Assembly (NCBI GenBank): GCA_951406725.2
Contig: OX597816.1
Span: forward strand, 142,724,001-142,788,000
Direction: 5' to 3'
DNA from: Octopus vulgaris
Taxonomy: Eukaryota
Length of the DNA stretch: 64,000 nt
In this document: piece by piece, positions 1-15,124 of the stretch
Layout: each line of letters begins with the position of its first letter
Position numbering within the stretch: the stretch's first letter is position 1
The notes under the pieces: generated by a model
What the model was told of the DNA's origin: nothing
What the model saw: the letters and a program-made list of their open reading frames with translations, nothing else
Databases searched by the model: none
Made by a program: the position numbers and the translations under genes

Positions 1-342
1 ATTTTTTTCACATCTGGAACACAGTAACAAAATTATAATAGAGGATTATAATTGTTTGTTCAACTCTAGTGTTTACTATAAATTTTTTTTTTTCAACCTA
101 AAAGAATGTGAGGCAAAGGTGACCCCTAGAATGATTTAAACTTGGAATCTATAGAAAGTTGGATTAAATACTGCAAAACTTTAAATCTGATGTTCTAACA
201 TTCTGTTACCTTTTTGATATTAATTACTTCTCACTTTCATACAAAACTATGAATTAGAATTGACTCTTGTAAAAATTTTATTGAAGCAGAAGCAAAATTG
301 CCACTGGTAAAGTTTTGAGCTTCAGAACATGTGAGTGAAAAT

Positions 343-808
343 TATCCTCATTTTTAACATCCACTTTTCCATGCTTGTATGGGTTGGACAAATGTCTATT
401 GAATCGAAACAGATTTTCTACACTCAAATACCCTTCCCGTCACCAAACCTCATCTGTTTACAAGCAAGGTCAAATTTTCTCATGGCCAGGCATAATTTCA
501 CAGAATATTGGAAATGAATGACGCTGCTTATATCGCAATGAGACTCATTTACAGCTATCAAAGAGACATAAACACTCTTGCTTCTGCATACATATGTCTG
601 TGTTTGTATGTCTATCTATCTATCTAATCTATTGCATACACACACAGACACACACATATATATATATGTATGTATGACTTCTGCAAGGCAAGGCTTTGGC
701 CAGCCTGGAGCTATAGCAGAAGATGCCCAAAATACCATGCTGTAGAGCTGAACCTGAAGCCATGTGGTTGATAAATAAACTTCTTATCCACACAGCCATT
801 TCTGTGCA
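343..808 (-). mobile_element. tRNA-derived SINE family A, full length with RTE-like 3' tail
   Basis: Head (ggctgtgtgg...aaccacatgg...ggttca) at about 680-808 and tail (ccaacccat...gcatggaaaagtggatgttaaa) at about 343-440, both on the minus strand. Confidence 0.7.
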
Positions 809-999
809 TATAGTATATTTTGAATTATAATTCTAGAAAAAAAGTTCACCACTGATCTTAGATTTAATTAAAAACTTCAATTTCTTTCTTTAGGGGATGT
901 TATTAAACTGCTAACCTTTGCTTTACCTGTTTTTGATCATTTATTTGATACAGGTATCCAGCAAAGGGCTATTCATTTGCTCACTGAAAGGGCTAGTCA

Positions 1000-1570
1000 C
1001 TTGTTCACTGCATTTCAAATTACGACAGTGACAAGGAGTGTCTGTAATTTGATGGACTTCATCCAAAGAGCACTGGTTTTTCACCAATATTTATATCCTT
1101 TGCAATTTCCATTTATTGAATACCACTCGCAAAGTATTGGTCAACCAGATGCTTCCCTAGCATTTGCTCAGCATTTTATAATGGGATCATTTCTGAAACC
1201 ATGTGGTTGTTAAGCCATATCTGTACCTGTTTTGTAGTGAAAATGTACACCCCTCCTGGTAAAAAGTTGTAGTAGCCAGCCGTTAGGCCAGTAGCCAGTT
1301 GACTGAGGAAGGTCAAGAGGTGGACTGTGTTGATAGTCATGTCTGTACTGATATAATAATTATACTGTGATACTGAGTGGATGATATAATAAGCCAACCT
1401 TTTGAGGATAATAACACTGTATGACTGAGGGTCATACAGTGCCAGGTAGAACCATTCTATTGACGACTTTGGAATATAACAATATCTGTCAGAGCAACAA
1501 CTGTTGTCAAAAGACTGCTTTACAACAGAACCCTTATGTGAAATAACATCTTTGTGTAGCAACTCTACTT
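1000..1570 (-). pseudogene. Highly decayed Penelope-like RT fragment
   Basis: Ordered remnants resembling FYxLPKxHK, NxF...GTxMG (acaggtacagatatggc) and DDIFxxW, across frameshifts. Confidence 0.35.
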
Positions 1571-3436
1571 TGGTGTTACCTTCATAGATGTAACAGCCTA
1601 GAAGGTGATATTTTGTAGAGAAATATCACTTATGGTGAAATAAGACATAAGAATTTTGAAAAGTCTTGATGAAGTTACTGAATATATTCCAACTCCTTGT
1701 GCAAGTATCAACAAGTTTTCGTACTGTGTGCCTAAAGCTTTATATGCTTTTATTTCTAATGAAACAGTGCCACAGAAACCTATTTACCATAATGCTTTGT
1801 ATTGCAGTGTTATAGTTACCGACTTGAGGTGATTTGTGGTCTGTGTTGGTGTTGTTTTTGTTGTGTATTATCATTTATGTAGGCTTATGTATTGTTTCAT
1901 TGTTGTAGTTTGAAGAAACTTATGGCTTGTGGTGCAACATTGTTTCTACTACTATTACTACTACTATTTTTAGCAATGGAGATAACAATGCTGTAATACT
2001 AGTTGTATTGTTTAGTTGTTTTATTTAATAGAGGCAGCTGCAACAGTTGTAGTATTAAGAGGATATATCTTTTGTATAAAGATATGATTTTGCTTTGGGT
2101 GGTTGTGGCGATAAAAGCATTAGGAGAATCTAGCTTTTTGTAAATTTCTTTGTATAGTAAGTGTTAGTAGCATTAGTAGTTATTGCATAGATAAGATTTG
2201 TGTTAGTAAATTATTTAGCACCAGGTCAGCCTTGATTTAACAGACAGACCTATGATTAAACATATTCAATCTTCTGCCTATTTCTTATTCAGATGTTAAT
2301 GTGTCTAGGACTACCTTATTTAATGTTTTCCTTTTAAAAGCATCAAACAGGAAAGATGATTTGAGAAAGATTTCACTTCCATTTCTACCAGGTTAACTGA
2401 CTTTGAAATTTTCTGTTGTAGTGATGGTGGTAGTGATTAAAAACTCCCTTTTGGCATAATAAAAAATTTAAAAACCAGCTTGATTTATTATCATCATAAC
2501 TGTTATTATCCAGGGAAAAGTATTCATATATTGTAAAATACCTTTGTTGCTATTTAATAGATTGCTGTACAGTTAATTTACTAATGTTAAGCAGTAGCTA
2601 GATATGTTAGTTGCCAGATAAGGTGATATGTAAGGATAAAATGTAAAAAAAAACTGTTAGAAGTAGGTAAGGTACACGTATATTAAAGGTTATAATTGTT
2701 ATATTTCTTCAACAGATTAGTTATCTTTTTGTTTTACCTATATATTAAAGGCTTCAAATGCACATTCTACAAAGGCAACCAAAATAATTCACACACATAT
2801 GAGTATTAAGTGATCCTTGTACATAGTTACTCAACCTGTTTCAAGTAGCTGCAAAAATCCATTACAACACATGTGCCATTTAAAAAAAGAATAAACACTT
2901 TAGATGATGTCCTAGATATAGTATGGCTGATTAGGGGCTGATTTGGAGTTAAGCAATGCATATATTCTTTTTGATATAATTACTTGAACATTGAAATAGT
3001 TGTAGAATTATTAACAGATGTGTAAGGATGGTGAAGTCAATGTACTGACTATAGTTTGGTGGCAAGAGAACCAAAAGATACTTGTTTTTGATGTGTCAAA
3101 GTAATATGGATTTATGTGTGAGGTGCCCCAAATCACACTATATTCTTGTCTCCAATTTTGGAGGTCCTTCATAATTTCAGAATTGTTGCTTGATAAGTTG
3201 TTGATTGGAAATCATATTTTGGTTTTGTGGCTCATGGTCACTTGCACAGTTCCACTGCAGCTGACATTGTGTCAGTGACCAGGTCACAGAAGTGAGGAGA
3301 ACACTTTGGCTCCTCAATAAATAAATCAAATGTATATATAAGTTTTTATGCATTTTTAAATGGCTACAATGTAATTGTTATCCTTATTTCTCTATTTATT
3401 AGTGATTATTTCACTTGTATTAATTGTCTGCTTTGG

Positions 3437-3677
3437 CAGCAGTCCCCAATCTTACCATAGACCATTTTTATGCTAGACAATTTTTCCAATGACCAGTGTA
3501 TCACTTGCTCAACAAAACAATAAAATGCATAATCAGCATCATCATTTAACATCTGTCTTCCCTACTGGCATGGGTGGAATAGACTGCGATAGTCAATAAA
3601 ATAGAAATGAAATTAAAAATGCTATACTTTCTATGTGGTCTGTTACTAGTTCTTAGCCCAGTAGTTGGGAATCCATG
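3437..3677. mobile_element. Decayed hAT/Charlie-like MITE containing an inserted RTE tail
   Basis: Ends cagcagtccccaa...ttgggaatccatg resemble CAGCGGTCCCCAA TIRs. Confidence 0.4.
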
Positions 3678-6592
3678 CACTAAGGGACATCACATATTTA
3701 TTAATGACCTCATTGTTATTTTTCATTTTGTTCTTTTACCCTGTATAAATTTCCTAATGTTCTTGATTTATTTTTTAAGGCCTTGTGATCAGTAAAAGAA
3801 ATTATTAGTAGTAGGTGGATTGGCTGATTCATTCTTCTGGGGCCAATTGGATAATATATCAGCCTAATACTGGGTCCATTATAATCAACTTTTCCTCTCA
3901 AATTTCTGGCTTTGTTCCTATTTTAGAAATTATTAACACACGAGTTGGCAGAATAGTTGGAATTTTGGAAGAAATGCTTTGCAGTATTATTTCTGTGCTT
4001 GTACATTCTGAGTTCAAATCTCAGAGGTCAAATTTACTTTATATACCTTCAGGGTTGATAAAATACCAATTCAAGAACTTGGGTTGATATCAACTAAACC
4101 TCTCAAAAATTGCTGGCCTTGTGCCCAAACCAGAAATGACTATTATAAGTAATACCATTGCAGTTGATGTAGTAGGCTTGGAATTTATTTTTGAGCTCCT
4201 ATGCAGCTACTGAGCCTGCAGCTAAACTATTAAGCAACTCATAATCAATTTTAAAATGTAGGTCACATGTTTTCTTAAGTCTTAAGATAGCCTACACCTA
4301 GTACAAAGGCAGAATGGAAACAGAATAATATTAAAAAAATGAAATTTAATCTATTCTTACATGCAGTATATCTATCACTGTAGCTATGCAAACAGTATAC
4401 TACATCTAGGTGTTCCTAATAATTCGGTTGGCTATCACTAATATAGTTGATACACTAATATAGTTGACAGGTTGATACCAACTAAGTATGAACTGCTGTA
4501 ATTTGAAGGTACATACTTTGTGATACACTGAAAAGAAGGACTAATAAATAGTGATTGAAAGTTGCTGTGACTTTATTGTGGAATGTACCTGCATTAGAAA
4601 CAGACCAAAGAAAGGCTTAATAGAAGATAATAGATAACGTTGATGCTATTTATGTCTATGTCAAACAGTATACTATGTTATATGATGGATTGTCCTTTGG
4701 TTTCAACAATGAACATTCAACTGAATGCCTGGCTAATTAAATTAATATGTGGCTGAGTATTCTACTGACATGTGTACTCAATGTAATTCTCAAGCTGAAT
4801 CAGTGTAACACAATACAATATTGTATTATTTTAGTGATAAAATATTATCCTAATGAGACCAAAAGCATGTCTGGTGTCGTCTTCTGTACTTGATAAAATA
4901 ATTGAAATATTAGTTATTCATTAATAGATTTTCATGATTGTATAGTTACTTATGGTTAGCATTTTTCATGCTCCCTGCATAAATGTTAACTCTAGCTTAA
5001 CTACTGAGATAAATATTTATTCTTTCACACAAATGCCTTAATTATGTCAGAAGATAAAAAGACACTTGAAAATCTAGTATATTGTAGGCCATCCAACTGA
5101 AGCCATTTTGCTGAAACAGTGGTAATAACTGTAAAATCAAGTGTGTGTGTGTGTATTTGGCCATCTTTCAATTAAAGTTTGAGTTATTCAAAACAACTAA
5201 ACATATAAATGCAGAGTTATTTAAAATATGTACATTTGTTTTATATTTACATGCATACATACATACACCCATTCATGAATATATATACACAAGGGTCCCT
5301 GTAGCTCTCTGTTCTTTAGAATGAGTGCTACAATACTTAGGGTATTGACAAAAATGTATGATATAAAGATCTTATGAACAAAATGAATGACCAAAGGCTA
5401 TTATACCTATCTTTCAAGAATTTGTCATTTTCTACTTATATGAAATTATCCTCATTGCATTTTTAGTATCAGAACTGATACTCACAATTGAATGAGCTAT
5501 AAAGGAAATCTGCTCCACAAATATTAAATTCTACAAGATTCTGACATCAACTGGAATCTTCCACTAAAATAGTGATATTAAGATTCCATCTGAGAATAAA
5601 AGGGCTTGGAAGAGGCTTATTTATGATTAGTACAGGCAGCCTTCAAATCTTGAATGGTATCACTCAGATCACAACTGCTAAGCAACAGTAGTCAAAAGCT
5701 CAAAAGTAATGCATAATCCAGATCATGTCCCATTCTCAAAAAGGTTATGCATTACTATTTCTTTATGGTGTGTTTCCTGACAACTTGAGGATGATGTCAC
5801 TATTGATAGAAAGTGAGGCATTTCTTGTAGTCTTGACCATTATATTTTGAAGGTTATGCGTTTGTAATTCAAGAGCAAGAACCCCACACCTAGGATGTGA
5901 TTGAGAATATTGTCACATTTCTGTGGAGGATATTATACATGTGACCAGGAGGTGTTCCAAAATATTGTATATTGTTATTAAAACAATAAACAAAATTTCT
6001 TAAAAAAGACTGCTTTGAGATAAATATAGAAAATATTTATGATGAGCATATGTTTCAGTGCAAAGATCATTGATAGAACATTTATATTAAACACTCTCCA
6101 GATGCAAACTTAAGTCTTGTATACTTGTTTGGAATAAGGAAACTTGGTTATAGAGGTCATTTGTTTTGCAGATGTAAACATTTTCAAAATACTTTTCTAT
6201 TCAGATTATAAATTTCAACTTATAATAGCACATTTAATCATGATATTATCTAAATGGTAATTTTGAAAAACTGGGTTTTCGGGCAAAGAAAATGACCAAC
6301 TGGCACACTTTGCAAATGCAATCTGTAAACAGAACTCTAAAAATTGGCAAAACTTCCTTAAAATCCCAAATACAACTCTTCACATAGTAAATTTAAATAA
6401 TTTCAGAAAAATAACATGCAGCACGGATTTTTAACATATATATACATAAAGGTAAAATTGGCTGCTCAGAGGATAACAAAAATATTGCCTCTATTTTTTA
6501 AACATTTTTATTAGTCTTTCCTTTTTTTTTAAAACATTGCCAGTGAGCAGGTGATCAGGTTAGAAGAGAAAACATATATGCTCGCATGCGCG

Positions 6593-6595
<3 letters not shown>

Positions 6596-6645
<50 letters not shown>
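6596..6645. repeat. (CA)n microsatellite
   Basis: Directly visible. Confidence 0.95.
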
Positions 6646-6650
<5 letters not shown>

Positions 6651-9600
6651 TGTATGTCTTTGTGTGTTTGTATACATACATATCTTTGGGAGTATGTATA
6701 ACACAACTGAAATTGACTGAAGGATAAAATAACTGGCTTTAAATCAAATTTTGGAATAGAATATACTTAATGGGTTTTGTGGCGTATCAAAAAAATGTCA
6801 TCTGTCTGACATATTGAGCTATCTTATTTATTATGGAATTTTAATTTTTGCTGAAATAGAATGAAAAACATTCAAACTGCAAGTCATCTCATTTCCATTT
6901 GAATTATACATGAAAACTTGTTCTAATACTTATAAATATTACATTTAGTCTAAAAAAAAATTAACCCAAATAACTATTTCCTTTTGTGCACATTTTGATG
7001 TAGATGTACATGCATAAGATTGATATTTTTTCTGTACCTCTGTTATGAGCATTTGAACCAGACTTCCATCTCCAAAGTTTTCCCTGCATTTTGTGAACAA
7101 TTGTATTGTTGGTTATATGTTTCTAACATGCGTTTCACTGGTTCATTACATTTACTTTGGCAAGGGAGTCTATTCTGCTCAGGTAGAATAAAAATTACAA
7201 GGTATTTTTTATTAATTTGGTCAAAATGTCATGCAATACTGTCAGTGCCAGCATTGCTGTTATAGAGGATAATGGCAGACTAATTCAGTTCTGAGTTCAT
7301 GTGTACTATAACTAGATATAAGTTTCTATTCTCTCTGTGGTTAGGCCAATGGTTAAATGGTCTCTGAAGCTACAAGAATTGCTGAGACTAGTTAAGATTT
7401 TCTTTTTCTGACCAGAGAGAAGGAAGCATGTAAGGTGACCAGTATATCTACTTTCCATGGTAAGGCTAAAAATGTGTATCTGCTATTAACCTACATATTC
7501 AAGTTTACTCCCCTCCCTCTCTCTCTTAAATGTATGTGTGTTTGTATATGTCTACTGTTTATAACTCCTTCTGTACCATGGTTTCACATTAAATATTTAG
7601 GAATTTGGACACGGTAATCTTCAGTGGACCTTTGTAGCAGTTGGAGAAGGCTGTCATATATGCCATGTTCTATAAATGCATATTAAGTATTTAATACAGA
7701 AAAATAACAGTATCTAACCATTCTGTTTACACTATATGTGATTAATCCCTGCTTATTTCATATAAACTAACATCTGTCTGTACATACTTCCAGCATTAAA
7801 AAAAATATTCCAGTGAGCATTTTTTTTTTTGTCTTTAGAACACAACTTAAGCACACATATATGGTGGGTTTTCATAATAGTTTCTGCCCACCAAATTTTA
7901 TTCACCAAGATATTAGTCAACCTGAGACTAATGTAGAAGACACTTGTGTAAGGTACTACATAGAATCAAACCTGGAACTGTGTAACTGTAAAGCATACTT
8001 CTTAACCACAGTCAAATTTATACCTGAATCATTGGTTGCCTCACAGTTTTTCAAATAAAATCTGTTAATGTGATTTTTGCTAATGATGCATAACTTAAGT
8101 TTTAGATGTATGATAAAAAAGCTATGATGTGTATGATAAAAAAAAAAGGTATCATTTAACCTTTTTCTCAAGTACTCCCACTTACCCTCATATAAATGCA
8201 AAGTATATATAGCAAGACACCTCTATTATCCCTGACATAAACTCACCTCCTTACCCTTTCTAATACTTGCCTCACTTAAGTACATCAGGACTTTTTCTTT
8301 CTCTTATTCTTGCTTGCCTTGCAAGTTACTCGGTTAACCTACTAGTGCCAGTGACATGGAAAAAGCACACAGTACATATTGTGAAGTGATTGGTGTTTAG
8401 GAAGGGCATTCAACCATAGAGACCATGCCAAAGCTGAAATACAGTATAATGCATCTCTGTGGCTTATTAGATTTGGTCAAACTATCCAACCCATGCTAGT
8501 ATGGAAAAAAGATATTAAATGATAATAGTGAGTCCAGTATGCTTCCTAACATCATCATTCTAACTTGAAGTAGTGAGATTAGATCTCGAGATGCTATGCC
8601 TCACAAAATGAGCTGTGATAAGCAATGATACTCTGTACCAGATCTACTGATCTGATGTTAAAATGATAATCTACAGAAACAAAGCTCAGTATCAACATTT
8701 AAGCAACAACTGTGTTGAATTAAATTCCAAACTTTAAATTTCAAGTAGTTTTACCATCTGAAATTCAGACTGAATTTTCTAAAATTATCCCCCCCCCCCA
8801 TTGCATATGATTTACAGCTTTCACACATATTTACTACATTGCTTTTAGATGCTTCTATGTGTGGAATGTTGCATGTATGAGTTTGATAAAATAGTTGATA
8901 AATTATTTTGTAGACAAGTAGTGACTATGCTCCTCCCCAAAATGTATGACCTTAGTGAAGTTTATGATGTGTACTTCCAAATGTTATCTTGCATTTCCAT
9001 ATATTTACTGATATCCCAGTACATATTTGTAAATTTGAATGTTGATTCTTCACCTATGTGTATAATTTTACTAGAATTGTTATTTTGCCATACAAACTGA
9101 TCAGTAGCATTTCATTCGTCTTTACATTCTGAGTTCAAATTCTGCCAAGGTCAACTTTGCCTTATCCTTTCAAGGCTGATAAAATAAGTACCAGCCAAAC
9201 ACTGGATTTGATGTAATCGACTTCCCTCTCCCTAAAATTGTTAGCCTTGTGCTAAAATTTGAAGCCAATATTATAACTTCATTTATTATTTTCTGTTAAA
9301 CTGCTAAAATTAGTCGTTCAGATTTTTGTTAATGTAATCAAAAAATAATTTTACAAACAACTGCAACAAAATACAAATATCTTGGTGAAAATATACCAGT
9401 ATTATGGTTAAAGATCCAATTAAGGCCTGCAAATTGCTTTTCACCATGATTTTCAATGACAGCCTAGCAACATTGTTGTAGTAGTTATGGTGACAGTTGC
9501 CTTGTTTGAGGTTTGTAATTAATTAGTTATCACCACCACCACCAGCATCATCGCCACCATTGCTATCATCTTCTTCCCCATCAATTTGTGTCCATTTTAG

Positions 9601-10764
9601 TTTGAAGCTACCTTAAGTTAAACATTGACATTTTCAAGTGCTCTTATCATTGATTGTTTTTTTTTTCTTCAATACAAATGGTTGTAGGGGGTGTACAATT
9701 GATTTGAGTCAGATCAATAACTAGAAATTAGTTTATTAACCCAGAGATATAAAAGGTAATGTTAGCTCTGGTAAGCTTTGAACTTCGCGATTACACTAAA
9801 TACTGCTGAACATTTTATCTGGCACTTAACTATTTCTGCAGCTCTATCACCAATTATTGTTATCATCGTCATCATCAGTGTTATTTCTTCTGACTCTTTT
9901 CAGAGAGTAAGTTGACAGAATGCTTAGAACATCAGTCAAAATTTCATTCAGTTGCTTTTTTAAATATATTAGCTCTTCACATTCTGAGTTCAAATCTTGC
10001 CAAAGTCAACTGCCTTTCATCTCGTTTTGGGAGTTGGCTCTGAACTTGCACAGCTTATGTTTTCTTTGTGCTTCTTCAATCCTTTTCTGTTTATAGGGCA
10101 AGGTTGTTTTGTGGAGAAGCTGCAGTTGCCCATGCATACCAGTCTCCCCTCTCCATACCTCCAATGTTGTTCAAGGGAAAGGCAAAGGCCAATATAGCTT
10201 GGCACCAGTGATTTTGTAACTCATTTCTACAGCTAAGTGAACTGAAGCAGTGTCAGATAATCTTGCTCAAGAATACAACAGTAAGAGCCTAGATGCTGTT
10301 CTGAAAAACTGGACTGCCAACTCATTGAGATTTGATTATATCAATGGATGGAACCCTTGGGTCCCAGTGCACATCTAAATCTGGTAGAACCCATTCTCTC
10401 CAGATCAGATTTGTTCCAGAGAGAGAGAGAGAGAGAGAGAGAGAAGGAAGTATCAACTGTTACTTCATTGATTCTGAAGAGATGAATGGCATAGTTGGTG
10501 AGATTTGAACTCAGTGCAAGTTGCAGGTGCACCACCAATTCATATGTGTGTGTATATTATATATCTCTATATATAAGCATGCATGCATACATACAAAGAA
10601 CGAGAAATAGCATGTGGTAACAGAGATCAATAAAATCAATTGTTTAGTTTCAGCAGAGTGAATGTCCATGTGTGTGTGTGTCAGACTATCAGAGCCAGTA
10701 TCTGTTATTATTAATATTGTTATTTAAAATTTTTTTCAATATTGTTATTTTTAATTTTTTTCAG

Positions 10765-10845
10765 TATTCAATATGGAGTTTGCTATGGATAGGTTGGAAT
10801 ATTTTTGTCATTTGTCTCTACTTAGAAATTGGTATATTAAGCAGG
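10765..10845 (+). CDS. NKAIN: NKAIN-family (Na+/K+-ATPase interacting protein) internal coding exon, YSIWSLLWIGWNIFVICLYLEIGILSR
   Basis: Polypyrimidine tract plus cag acceptor (ends 10764) and gtaagt donor (10846). 81 bp, phase 0/0. Peptide matches the recalled NKAIN TM motif YxxWxxxWxxWNxFxICxYLEVGxLS. Confidence 0.93.
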
Positions 10846-11036
10846 GTAAGTAAACATTCACTTTATTCTGATTGTATCTGTGTGTCTTATCTGTATAGCC
10901 AAGAGAGTTTGTATGGTTAAAAGAATGGGTTATGTCTTAGAGGATTATCTTATGGATCCAAAAACCCTATTTGAAATGGGTGGCAATACCAGCAACAGCC
11001 TATCTCCCACCAGAAGTTTTATATAAAATATGTCGG

Positions 11037-11362
11037 GTGCAGGCATAGCTGTGTCATTATGAGGTTTGCTTCTCAAGTACCTTGGGCAAGTGTCCTCTAC
11101 AATTGCCCCAAGCCAACCAAATCCTTGTGGTGGTGGTGATATGTTTGTGTATACCCTTGTCTTGATATATGATTGCTGTAAATGACTCATGCAAGTGAAC
11201 TTGTTTGCTTTCAGTTTTCCATGAAAGGCATGTCTTATCTACAAGAAAATATTTTACATTGGAAAGGTGCAGGTTGGTGGCAGGATGGGTTTCTGGTCAT
11301 AGAAAATCTGCCTTGACAAATTCTGTCTGACCCTGCAAGCATGAGAAAGTGAACATTAAATG
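11037..11362 (+). mobile_element. SINE family A copy with RTE-like tail
   Basis: gcaggcatagctgtg...ccttgggcaagtgtcctctac...gcaagcatgagaaagtgaacattaaatg. Confidence 0.7.
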
Positions 11363-12344
11363 GTGTGTTATTTTTATTATAATGGTTGCTATCAATAAGG
11401 CAGTAGAGTGCTGGACAAAATAACATCCTAGGAGTTTTGTTGATACTGCCTACATTCAAGTCCTACTGACATCAACTTTAACCTCTCCTTGGCTGATTAA
11501 ATAAATAATCTGGTATTGGTTCTACCAATTAGAGTCCCTCAAATACAAATTTATGGCTTAGTCCTAATATGAGGAACCAGTATTGATGGTGTCATTGTTT
11601 CTTTAAGCTCTCTCTTGCTGGTGTTGACTTTACAGAGGCTCCTATTAAGACCAATTAAACAAAAATACCATTAAAAGTACTGAAATTGATTAATTGATTA
11701 ATTTAAATACCTTTTTAGTCCACAATGCATGATCTTTACCAAAGTTAGAAATTATGTTATTCAAACTCATTGAAAAAAACAGAATCTTTATTCTGACTTT
11801 CTTACTTCAATTTTAAAGTGAATTCTTTTTTGCCCTAACTAATGTTATTTCAACTGAGCAATTTGATAAGGGATTAACTTACTTCCCAAAAGATTGGTTG
11901 ATTATATCTTGTCATATGTTCTCTGTTGTGCCTATGAGAAAAACTGGAGGATCGTCTATGTGGCTGAATCTCAAATTGTATCTATCATTTTAAAAATAAG
12001 ATACACTGGATAATGTAGTCCATAGTACTCTATTCCTGACCCCACTCCAACCAAATATCTGTGGATTGAATGCTTTAATCGTAGGCCTTAAGAGGGGCTG
12101 ACTTGGGGCTAAATAGCACAACTTACAGTACTTCATTCTGCAAGCTGCTGTTCTATGCAACAGTCTCCCTCTCTCTCTCTCTCTCTCAAACTCCAGTTTT
12201 CTCAACTTCATTTTCACATGCTCTCTCTTTATTTGTTTAATTCTAGAAATTCATGAAAGACTAAACTTGAGTCTCCATAAAAAAGATAAAATATGAGAAA
12301 CAAATTATGGTTGTAGCATCCTTTGAATTCCTTGCAGTATGTTT

Positions 12345-12550
12345 AGTTATTGGTTAGTCCCTGGTTAGCCTTGAATTAACAGATCTTTATGATCAAAGAC
12401 ATTCCAACCAAGATCATCCTGTTTCATTAAGCATACCTTAAACATTATTATCCAGTGTATTTTTCCTTTTGTGATAATGGTATGACTTGAGGGAAATTTT
12501 GGCTGCTATTTCTAGCAGGTTGATTCATCACATTAGAGGCTTCTCTGCTG
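12345..12550 (+). repeat. Unclassified interspersed repeat family C (copies at about 2210-2400, 2790-2960, 17230-17370, 21510-21700, 25115-25270, 29500-29715, 34640-34830, 44950-45140, 49790-50000, 55155-55550, 57550-57740)
   Basis: Recurring ggtcagccttgat...gacctatgatcaaaggcattccagc...gatttggctgctatttctagcagg in both orientations. Confidence 0.7.
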
Positions 12551-12994
12551 ACTTGAATACTTTAAGCAGTTTATTTTAATTTCAGGGATTTTTCAAAATA
12601 ATTAAAAATGTTTTTTTGTAAAAAAAAAAAAATTATGTAAATAAATTGAAAGTGTCTCAGAAATATTCAACATTATAACAAGCTTGAGTCAAATTAATAT
12701 TTAATACCATTTTTTTGTCATCTTAATCAATATTTATGTTTTGATATTATTAATTTTTGTTTTTAAATGAAGTTTCACTAATCTTATTTTATTGGGAAAA
12801 GTTAAGCTGTATTCACTATCTGAACACTTTTTAATTGGATAAAACAAGATGGATGAAAGTCAGCTGTATTTCTTAAAAGACTGTGGGTTTTTTTCTTTTC
12901 TTGTAATATCATTAGTATAACTTGGTTAAATAAGTAGACAAGCTTAAGTGAAACTTACATCGCATTCTTGTGCACTCTTGAGACAGTGGTAGTG

Positions 12995-13031
<37 letters not shown>

Positions 13032-13410
13032 TGCATGCACACACCCACACTGATACATACACATGTATAAATGCACCTGTGTGTACACATGCTCACACAA
13101 ACACATACTCTTGAACCACTTGCTCACAGACACTACTTCTTGCTTCTTCTGTTGCTATTGAGATATTTCTTTTGAAATAGACTTTCCAATTAGGCCCACA
13201 TGATGCATCTATTTCTATATCTCCATCAATCCTACAATAACTTATCTCTCAGATTCCATTTTACTGAGTCCTTACCCTCTGCAATCCTATCCTAATTTAC
13301 ATTTTCCAAGCAGACATCTATTTACAGGTGTTTAAAGTGAACTCATGTCCTTCAGTTACACTGGTTTAGGAGGGCAGGCAAAAGTCAAGGCTACTGCTGC
13401 TTTTCTTGCT

Positions 13411-13847
13411 CAGGGCTGGATTAAGACCCATTGAGGCCTTAAGCACTTAAAAGATTTTGGTGCCACTATATATATGTGATTCAAAATTTAAACAACAACA
13501 ACAAGCCATAAAATGATTTTTTTTTTTTTGTTTTTCAAAATGGAACAAAACGAAGAGCAAGATGGGAGAAAATGTTTATTTTATCTTTTTATGCTTCCAT
13601 TTTATATTTCAAAAGTTTTCTCTTACTCTTTTTCTAATTGTAAAGTCTTTGATCAAATCCTCACTATGACACCACGAACACTTTGAAATTATATTTCTGA
13701 TCATATACACTACCTCGAATATTATTTTAGCAAGTTTGAACTGATTTCTTTTGTGCCGTAAACAATTTACATTTCTGTGGTGGTGCCCCCCCTTCTTTTG
13801 ATGCCCTAAGCATGTGCTTACTTTCTTTAATGGTTAATCAAGCACTG
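13411..13847. mobile_element. hAT-like MITE
   Basis: TIRs cagggctggattaa / ttaatcaagcactg (12/14) and repeated subterminal (g)ccctaagca motif. No clear 8-bp TSD. Confidence 0.6.
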
Positions 13848-15124
13848 GCGATTATTAATAATAATAATAGCCCTTTCTAAATGAGGTGCAAGGCCTGAAA
13901 TCTCTTGGGAGGAGCTTGTTGATTTCATTGATCCCAGTGCTCAACTGGTACTTATTTCATTGACTCCCCTGAAAGAATGAAAGGCACAGTTGACTTCATA
14001 GAAATTTGAACTTAGAGCATAAAGATGGAAGAAATGCTGCTTAGCATTTTGTCCAACATGCTAACATTTCTGCAAGCTCACCACCTAACCAAGATGTCCT
14101 TTACAGACAGGTGTTCTGTACCTTTTTTGCTGGTGATACATCATAGAACAAGGTGCCTAATCTAACAGCACCAGCTCCTCTTTAGATACCTTCATCTGAT
14201 TTAACTCTGTTGCAATGTTGCAAGCATTCAAACCAGTTGCTTCTGTACATTTTGTTTTCTTTTTTCAATTTTACATGTTTGAGAATGGACCTGTAAGGTT
14301 TAGGGACACTTTCTCAACTCTTCTGACTAAATTATAAAAGAAAAAAGGTACTGGCTCATTAAGTTGACTATCTAATTCCTAGTGACCTAAACCAACTGTA
14401 TTTCTTTAAATAACCAAGATATTTTGAAACCAGTTAGTAGCCATACATAACATATTGAACAAAACACCTTAATAGTCCAATATCATTCTGATAATCAAGA
14501 AAACATCTACCGTTATTCACTCCATAGCAGCCAGATCTCCCTCAAATCACACTCTCCCAACTTAAAAATATAGTTTGGAACATATAAAAGGATCAATAAG
14601 AATATATAACAACTATTGAAGTTTTTGTTGGTCACTTTTAAAAAAATTTACATTGAGTTACATTTTTCATCTTCGCCCTCAACACAAATACTACTGAATT
14701 AAAAATGGATACATAGAATTTCAATAGTTGTTCATAGAAATTAGTGTCTGTATCATTTCACAAAATGTTTTATTTTTACTTTTCTCTTCACCTTACTTTT
14801 TCTTTACAACCTCCTTTTTCCTACTCCATTTCAGCCACTGCCTCTCTTCCACCATTCATTTGGTTTCTGCTGTCTCTTCTCTCCCTACCTCCCATTTTCA
14901 TTTTATACCTATTTCTTCATTTGCCTTACACACATTCCTCTTTAAAAATTCTGCTTAGTTGGATATTTCATTATTTCACTTGATCAGTCTCCTCAAAATC
15001 AATGTTCCAGGATATCAAATATTTCTCATTCCTTCTGTGAATCTCATGACTCATTGATTATAGTAGTAGCTCTTGAAGACCTTCACATTATACAAGTATG
15101 TGTGTATATATATATATAAATAAA

